Of a stretch of DNA of 32,000 bases, positions 27,148 to 32,000 are shown one piece after another; the first letter of the stretch is position 1, and each line of letters opens with the position of its first letter. The stretch is taken from assembly GCF_000025505.1 (NCBI RefSeq), contig NC_013849.1, forward strand, positions 1,350,001 through 1,382,000, given 5' to 3'. A program made the position numbers and the translations under genes. The stretch comes from Ferroglobus placidus DSM 10642. Its GTDB lineage: Archaea > Halobacteriota > Archaeoglobi > Archaeoglobales > Archaeoglobaceae. The notes under the pieces were generated by a model. It made no database searches. It was given only the letters and a program-made list of their open reading frames with translations, and was not told the DNA's origin.

Positions 27148-27645
27148 TTAGGGCCTAATAATTTCTCCGCTCTGATAGGTGAAGTAAGCTCCCGACTTTG
27201 CGTGCATGAGGAATTTGAAGTTCTCCACGTCCGGTTCTCCGTTTTTGAAAGCGTCTCCGTAGGTAACGTTCACGATCTCTCCTACGAAGAATATGTGGTC
27301 TCCCGTCTCGACTTCTTTCACGACTTTGCATTCAATGTTTGCTGCGCACTCCTTAATCGACGGAGCGCTCACCTTTTGCGAAGGCACGAACGTTACGCTC
27401 ATCTTTTCAGCCTTATTTTCCCTCGCTCCGCTTGTCGTTCCCGCAATCCAGACGTCCTTCAGCAGTTCCACTGTTGGGACGGCAATAACGAACTCCTTCT
27501 GCTCCTCAACGAGTTTTCTCGTGTATCTCGTCTTTCCTATCGCCACTCCAGCCAGCGGTGGTGAGAAGCTGAGGGGAGTGACCCAGTCAGCTGTCATCGG
27601 ATTTGGTCTCTCGATGGTTCCGGCGACGATTATAAAAGTCCTCAT
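27148..27645 (-). CDS. Flavin reductase-like (flavoredoxin) domain protein
   Basis: The family-like sequence begins at MRTFIIVAGTIERPNPMTADWVTPLSFSPPLAGVAIG (ATG 27645; alternative ATG 27666). The ORF-track extension to 28017 is antisense to the Nfu gene and is not family-like. Confidence 0.8.
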   Translation of the reverse strand: MRTFIIVAGTIERPNPMTADWVTPLSFSPPLAGVAIGKTRYTRKLVEEQKEFVIAVPTVELLKDVWIAGTTSGARENKAEKMSVTFVPSQKVSAPSIKECAANIECKVVKEVETGDHIFFVGEIVNVTYGDAFKNGEPDVENFKFLMHAKSGAYFTYQSGEIIRP

Positions 27646-27741
27646 CGGATACAAGTAGCTCAGCATGTTCTGTATTTTTCGAGGCTTTGAATAATAATCT
27701 TTCGAGAAGGCTTTTATACCCGAAGAAATTAACGGAGTTAC

Positions 27742-27975
27742 ATGGGACTGAAGGAGAAAGTTGAAGAAGTAATTGAGAAGGAGATAAGACCGGCTTTGAT
27801 AAGGGACGGGGGAAACATAGCCGTTGTTGACGTGGACGAGGAAAGTGGAGAGGTTAAAGTGAAGCTCCTCGGCTCCTGCTACGGCTGTCCAATGTCGCAG
27901 ATAACGCTGACGATGTTTGTGGAGCAGCATTTGAAATCGAGAGTACCTGAGGTGAAAAAGGTAACTCCTGTTTGA
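27742..27975 (+). CDS. NifU C-terminal/Nfu-type Fe-S cluster scaffold protein
   Basis: 77 aa. IRPALIRDGGNIAVVDV and the CxxC motif LLGSCYGCPMSQITL. Confidence 0.85.
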   Translation: MGLKEKVEEVIEKEIRPALIRDGGNIAVVDVDEESGEVKVKLLGSCYGCPMSQITLTMFVEQHLKSRVPEVKKVTPV

Positions 27976-28151
27976 TAAAACGTAAATTTTCGTTTCGGAA
28001 ATTGGGCGAGTAGACATCTTTTTTGACAGCGAGCTTTAAATTTCCTTGCACGTAACGAATTTTTACAAAAAGCGAACGTAACTTTGAAGATAGCCAAAGC
28101 CATGTTAAATTTAACAAAAGGTATTTGAAATATCCGTAAGAATTCAAAAGC

Positions 28152-28373
28152 ATGGGAAAGGTAATCGAGGTCGTATACGAGAATGGGGTGTTCAAACCTG
28201 CAAAAAAGATATCGTTGCCCGAAAAGACTAAAGGGAAGGTAATAATAGAAGAAAAAGTGATGGGTGACATTGAGGATATCTCAAAGGAAGTTGATGAAAT
28301 TTTGAAAGACACGAGGATCGACGAAGACCCTCTGGAAGTTCTACTTGAGATGAGGAAGAGACCATGGGATTAA
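28152..28373 (+). CDS. DUF104-family antitoxin (VapB-like partner of a PIN toxin)
   Basis: 73 aa. The N-terminal VIEVVYENGVFKP...ISLPEKTKGKVIIEE is the archaeal DUF104 signature. Overlaps the start of the downstream PIN gene by 10 nt. Confidence 0.8.
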   Translation: MGKVIEVVYENGVFKPAKKISLPEKTKGKVIIEEKVMGDIEDISKEVDEILKDTRIDEDPLEVLLEMRKRPWD

Positions 28374-28781
28374 CGATCGACACTTCCATTTTAGTCGATT
28401 TACATAAAATCAAAGGAATTTCTGAAATCTGCTAAAGGCAAATCAGTTTACTGCCCAAAGTTAATCTTGGCAGAAATACTCGGCGTTCTCGTTAGATATA
28501 ACGTCAAATTAGCAGATGTCGGATACGATTTCGTCCTTAAAAACTTCAACTTAATCGAAGAGGACGTAATATTTGATGAAATCCTGAAAGTTTGTAAGAG
28601 TACGGGATCGAGAGCGGTTGATGGATATTTTATAGCAACAGCTAAATTAACGGATTCAATTTTGATAACGAACGACAGAATAATGGCAAGTAATGTAAAA
28701 AAGTATGGAATTGAGGCTTACTACTTAATCGAAGAATTCAATCGAGCTATAAACAGAATAAAAGAATTACAGCAATCTTAG
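28364..28781 (+). pseudogene. vapC: PIN-domain toxin VapC, interrupted by a frameshift near the A-run at 28406-28409
   Basis: Frame 1 reads ATG 28364 MGLTIDTSILVDLHKIKGISEIC with a stop at 28433-28435. Frame 2 is open from 28395 and reads ..KSKEFLKSAKGKSVYCPKLILAEILG...DGYFIATA...ITNDRIM. Joined, they give a PIN domain of about 138 aa with all four acidic positions. Confidence 0.7.
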
Positions 28782-29189
28782 TAAAGACCAAACCTGATAG
28801 ATTCCGAACAGCACAGTTGGAATCAAAGCAGTGATGAATGCGTTTCTGAACTCAATTTCCCTTGAATGTTTAATTGCGAAGCTCCAGATGACCAAGCTCC
28901 ATACAGTTACTGCTAAGTTGATTATTAAATTCGAGTAAACTAAATCCTTTGGAAGTACGTGCAGCATTACCGCTCTCATTACATCCGGATTCTGGAGCTG
29001 AGCGATGCTAATTTTAGGGGTTTTAGCATTTAGGATGTAGTTAACTGACATCGGGATAATTATTGCAGAGCCGATGGGAGAGGGCAAGAATCCGTAGCCA
29101 GTGAATTCGAAAGCTCTTCTGAAGGAACCTTTACCGTCGACGTACCTCATTTCCCAATGATAAGCGTACATGTTAAGTCTTTCAGACAA
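28767..29189 (-). CDS. Hypothetical protein with hydrophobic C-terminal half; start unresolved, possibly a frameshifted longer gene reaching 29430
   Basis: The ORF-track start is a TTG. The frame stays open up to 29324 without an ATG. An out-of-frame 40-aa ATG-started ORF (29430-29308) overlaps its 5' end. Two TM-like segments lie near the C-terminus. Confidence 0.35.
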   Translation of the reverse strand: MSERLNMYAYHWEMRYVDGKGSFRRAFEFTGYGFLPSPIGSAIIIPMSVNYILNAKTPKISIAQLQNPDVMRAVMLHVLPKDLVYSNLIINLAVTVWSLVIWSFAIKHSREIEFRNAFITALIPTVLFGIYQVWSLLRLL

Positions 29190-29392
29190 CCAAACGTCGA
29201 TAAAACTCCCATCAATAATGAATATTATCAGCTTGTGTGTGATTGGGGTAAATTCGACGATATCTGGAAATCCTTTCTCAGCAATCTCGGTGAGCTTTCT
29301 TAATTTTTCAATAACCCAACTCCCTCAATAAAGCTCTAATTTTCTCTGCTTGTGATTCGAGGTAATCGAGTTTGAAGAAGTAGCTGAAGATA

Positions 29393-29421
29393 TAATCTCT
29401 AAGGGTTGTAATCTCTAAGGG
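29393..29421. repeat. 13-bp perfect direct repeat TAATCTCTAAGGG at 16-bp period
   Basis: Copies at 29393-29405 and 29409-29421, read directly from the sequence. Confidence 0.85.
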
Positions 29422-29551
29422 CAGGGTCATCGGGAATAGAAGCTTTTAATGCCTCCAAAATTCTCAACCTTCTTTTAAAATTGTAAGGATCGCATCTCTT
29501 GAATATTCCGTAACTATTAAATACACAAAAATCGAAGGTAGTAAACGGGTT

Positions 29552-29773
29552 ATGGTAAATTTAGTTCCAATTGTACTAGTCGCTATTGTAGTTATAAGCG
29601 TAGTCTATATTACCTACTCTCAGATTTTCTCTCAGCCAATTGTTACGACTGAAAAAATTTCTGATATGGCAATACAAATTTTAATCTTAAATAGTATGGC
29701 AAGAATTATATTAATGATTGTTCTGTTAATCTTACTAGTTATTGTAGCTGTAAATCTTGTGTTCAGACCTTAG
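29552..29773 (+). CDS. Small hydrophobic protein (2 TM helices), hypothetical
   Basis: 73-aa ORF made almost entirely of two Ile/Val/Leu-rich helices. I recognise no family. Confidence 0.4.
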   Translation: MVNLVPIVLVAIVVISVVYITYSQIFSQPIVTTEKISDMAIQILILNSMARIILMIVLLILLVIVAVNLVFRP

Positions 29774-29883
29774 GCAAAATCTCTAAGCGACAGAGTGGAA
29801 TTTGTCTTAAAATTTTAGAAAACGATTTATAAAAAATTCTCCATCGAAATCGTTATAAAGCAACATTTACGGAAAAATACCTA

Positions 29884-30297
29884 ATGAGGGCTTACGTTGA
29901 GCCGCTAAAATTGCTGATTTGTGATAACGAAGCTTCGAAGGGTGTTAAAGCTGAAAGAATTTTCGGTGGTTTTTGCGAGTGCGGGGGGATAATGTTCCAG
30001 AAAAGCTGGCACCTCATTAACGGGAGAAAACTTCTCGTCTCTGAGTGCGATAAGTGCTGGAAAGTTAAAGCCTACGCTTTTTCTGGATTGGAGCTTGTTG
30101 AATCGTTTGAAGTAAAAACGTACACGAGAGCGAATCTCCTCGATTTGCTCAGAGAACTTCTGAGTGAAGCGGAGTTCAATGCAGTCGTGGATAAATTCAA
30201 CGGAGGCAATTACAACTATTCGGCTTTGAGCAGGGCTAAAAAGAAACTTGAAAGTTTGGGAGTAGATTTTGAGGAGCTAATCAGTCATTTATTTTAA
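29884..30297 (+). CDS. Hypothetical protein with a putative zinc ribbon (CxC...CxxC)
   Basis: 137 aa. FCECGG ... CDKCWK gives four Cys spaced like a zinc ribbon, with a helical C-terminal half. I recognise no family. Confidence 0.5.
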   Translation: MRAYVEPLKLLICDNEASKGVKAERIFGGFCECGGIMFQKSWHLINGRKLLVSECDKCWKVKAYAFSGLELVESFEVKTYTRANLLDLLRELLSEAEFNAVVDKFNGGNYNYSALSRAKKKLESLGVDFEELISHLF

Positions 30298-31246
30298 TTT
30301 TCAAGCTGAAAATCAGACCGAACAGCATGTTGGTTAGATAAGTTATTATTCTCCATCCGGCGACTACCGAAGCTAAGGAGCCGCGAACGAATTGAGAGTA
30401 TAGGTAGAAGAAGCTACCCTCCGAAATTCCGCTGCTTCCCGGAGTAAGGGGAAGAAGGGAGATCACGACTATTATCGCTTGAGATGTTACCGACAGCAAG
30501 AAGTTCGGTTCTTTGCCGAAAGCCATGAGAACAAAGGACGGCACGAGGAATTCGGACAACCAAAGAACGGATGTGAGAGCAAACATTACCGCTATTCTCT
30601 TTTTGCTCGTTCTGAGAACGTCAACCAAAGCCTCCCTGAAGTTCCAGACTTCCTTCTCTATTTTCTCGTAAATTCTCTTACTCAACCTCTTCTCGAGGAA
30701 GTTCAGAGCTCTTTCTACTCTTGCGGGGTGTTTGAGCAACTCTCTGAGGAGTACGAGAAAGAGTATCAAGAGGATGAAGAAAGCCAACCCTACTCTGAAC
30801 CCGAGTTTTAGTGAGAACTCAGTCAGGGAAAGAAGAATAGCTAACGACGTTACGAAGAATATTGAATCGAGAAGCCTTTCTATAAGGATTATTGCAGTAG
30901 CCCTTCCAATTCCCATTCCGTTTTTCGAAAGGAGGTAAGCTCTAACGGGCTCTCCTCCAGCGGAAGAAGGAGTTATCGCTGCAAAAAACATGCTCGACAT
31001 AGTTATTTTAAAAGAGTTGGAAAAGCTGACGTTGCCGTTGAAAGTCTCTACCAAAAATTTCAGTCTGAAAGCCCAGAAAATCCAGAATAGTACGTGGAAA
31101 AGCATGGCGGCGGCGATGTAAACAGGATTCGCTTCGAAAAGAGTTGACACGTCCTCTCCAGTAATTTTGAAAATTGCAAATATTGCTGCGAGTGAGAATA
31201 CTGCTGCTATCAATGTTCTCTTTAGCTCCTTTTTGGAGGAACCCAT
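30281..31246 (-). CDS. UPF0104/LPG-synthase-TM-type flippase-like membrane protein
   Basis: 321 aa with about 8 TM helices. The pattern is typical of TIGR00374-type proteins that accompany GT2 enzymes. Overlaps the upstream GT2 gene by 25 nt. Confidence 0.75.
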   Translation of the reverse strand: MGSSKKELKRTLIAAVFSLAAIFAIFKITGEDVSTLFEANPVYIAAAMLFHVLFWIFWAFRLKFLVETFNGNVSFSNSFKITMSSMFFAAITPSSAGGEPVRAYLLSKNGMGIGRATAIILIERLLDSIFFVTSLAILLSLTEFSLKLGFRVGLAFFILLILFLVLLRELLKHPARVERALNFLEKRLSKRIYEKIEKEVWNFREALVDVLRTSKKRIAVMFALTSVLWLSEFLVPSFVLMAFGKEPNFLLSVTSQAIIVVISLLPLTPGSSGISEGSFFYLYSQFVRGSLASVVAGWRIITYLTNMLFGLIFSLKIKIND

Positions 31247-32000
31247 TTTACCTTCTCACCTCTCAGGTAGCTGATCACAGCCGACAAGGCTGCTGCTTGG
31301 AGAACCAAGCAGTAGATAATAAAAGCTGCGTAGACTTTAAAGCCTTCGTTTTTTCTGTAAACGAGTAAAGCTGGAAGGGAGAGCAGAATCAGGGGGAGAA
31401 AAACCGCAGGAATGAAGGTTAAAGTTAGAGAAAAAAGCCAAGAGAGTTTGAAGGACAGTTTTCTCGATCGTGCAACAAGCTTAAAGTAATTCCATAGCTG
31501 CAACCCTCCGTAATACCACCTCTTCCTCTGGTTAAAGAAATCTTTTACGGTTACTGGAGACTGCTCGAAAAGCTTTCCTTCGGCGAGTTCAGCTTTTAGT
31601 CCGAGGCAGTGCATTCTCGTGGCAAAATCTGCGTCCTCAGTTATAGCATCTTCATTTAGAAGGTGCTTGTATAAAAACCTCGGGTTGAGAACTCCGATCA
31701 ACCCGTTGAATTGTTTGAAAGCCGAAATTCTCAAAAGAAAGTTTATAAGCCTGTACTCGAGAGATACAGCCTTGGAAATAAAGCTGTAGTCGTTGTAAAT
31801 GTACCTCTTTGTCGATTTTATGTAAACGTCTCCGTTTAAATCTGAACATTTTATCAGAAAATCTTCTTCGGGTCGAGAATCCACGTCGAAAATCGCTACG
31901 AGATCGGGCTTGAATTTTTTCAGAGCTTTTAGACCATCGTTTATCGCTCCAGCTCTTTTCCCCCTATTCGTGTTTCTCGCAAGAACATCTACTTTGAGGT
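31222..32000 (-). CDS. Family-2 glycosyltransferase (partial; 5' end beyond the right edge)
   Basis: FNQRKRWYYG is the Q(R/Q)xRW motif. My in-frame translation upstream of the ORF-track start continues as ..LKVDVLARNTNRGKRAGAINDGLKALKKFKPDLVAIFDVDS, the GT2 core, so the gene runs off the window. Confidence 0.85.
   Translation of the reverse strand, partial: LKVDVLARNTNRGKRAGAINDGLKALKKFKPDLVAIFDVDSRPEEDFLIKCSDLNGDVYIKSTKRYIYNDYSFISKAVSLEYRLINFLLRISAFKQFNGLIGVLNPRFLYKHLLNEDAITEDADFATRMHCLGLKAELAEGKLFEQSPVTVKDFFNQRKRWYYGGLQLWNYFKLVARSRKLSFKLSWLFSLTLTFIPAVFLPLILLSLPALLVYRKNEGFKVYAAFIIYCLVLQAAALSAVISYLRGEKVKWVPPKRS

Noticed and set aside
27667-28017. The 118-aa N-terminal extension of the flavoredoxin ORF (ORF track 27148-28017).
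   Set aside because: The extension is antisense to the well-supported Nfu gene (27742-27975) and has odd composition. The family-like sequence begins only at the Met at 27645 or 27666.
28124-28148. The inverted repeat TTTGAA...TTCAAA just upstream of the DUF104 antitoxin, as an autoregulatory operator.
   Set aside because: The arms are only 6 bp, in an AT-rich region. It is too weak to distinguish from chance.
28767-29324. The segment FIIDGSFIDVWLSERLNMYAYHWE reminded me of DUF6516/TumE-type toxin proteins.
   Set aside because: The expected following histidine-rich motif (DNAPHH-like) is absent. The remainder looks like membrane helices. The resemblance is too short to support a call without a profile search.
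1-32000. CTAG is also very rare. I noticed only about five sites, near 2103, 8313, 8762, 29576 and 29736.
   Set aside because: CTAG under-representation is a well-known general feature of many prokaryotic genomes, so it is not informative here. I record it only as a control against the GGCC observation.

Overview
Compact, about 90% coding chromosome segment from an archaeon. It is most consistent with a hyperthermophilic euryarchaeote of the Archaeoglobales type: an Fno-like F420:NADP oxidoreductase, an Mre11/Rad50/NurA/HerA set, a DUF104-PIN toxin-antitoxin pair, DUF131 proteins, Shine-Dalgarno-led genes and many 1-11 nt gene overlaps. All calls come from reading the ORF translations and DNA by eye; no database search was possible.

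Core content, left to right:
- acyl-CoA synthetase (partial), LutB-like Fe-S protein, ilvD, fno, amidohydrolase, MgtC-family protein, Sir2/CobB, an ArsR-type regulator and a UbiA-type prenyltransferase
- an acyl-CoA dehydrogenase / methylmalonyl-CoA mutase (two subunits) / MeaB / small wHTH / C-N hydrolase operon
- a tightly overlapped minus-strand operon: mre11-rad50-nurA-(unknown 160 aa)-herA-S4/FtsJ methyltransferase
- NOL1/NOP2/Sun RNA methylase
- a flavoredoxin-DUF131-DUF131-PK_C-like operon, then an Nfu-type protein
- UPF0104 flippase-like protein and a GT2 glycosyltransferase (partial)

Three accessory-looking patches:
- 7706-9959: an operator-like CGAAT/ATTCG array, a Tat-signal protein, an MTH865-like protein, a 3-TM protein and a 640-bp ORF-free stretch
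- 15362-17213: an AT-rich restriction-modification module with an AbrB-type small protein in front of the methylase
- 27976-30300: DUF104 antitoxin with a frameshifted PIN toxin, plus orphan small genes

No rRNA, tRNA, CRISPR array or intact transposase was seen.

Most noteworthy observations:
- the unassigned protein translationally coupled to a TTG-started herA
- a Rad50 hook reading C-x6-C instead of CxxC
- the AbrB-fronted R-M module
- the Tat/MTH865/3-TM module with its repeat array
- near-total absence of GGCC across the 32 kb
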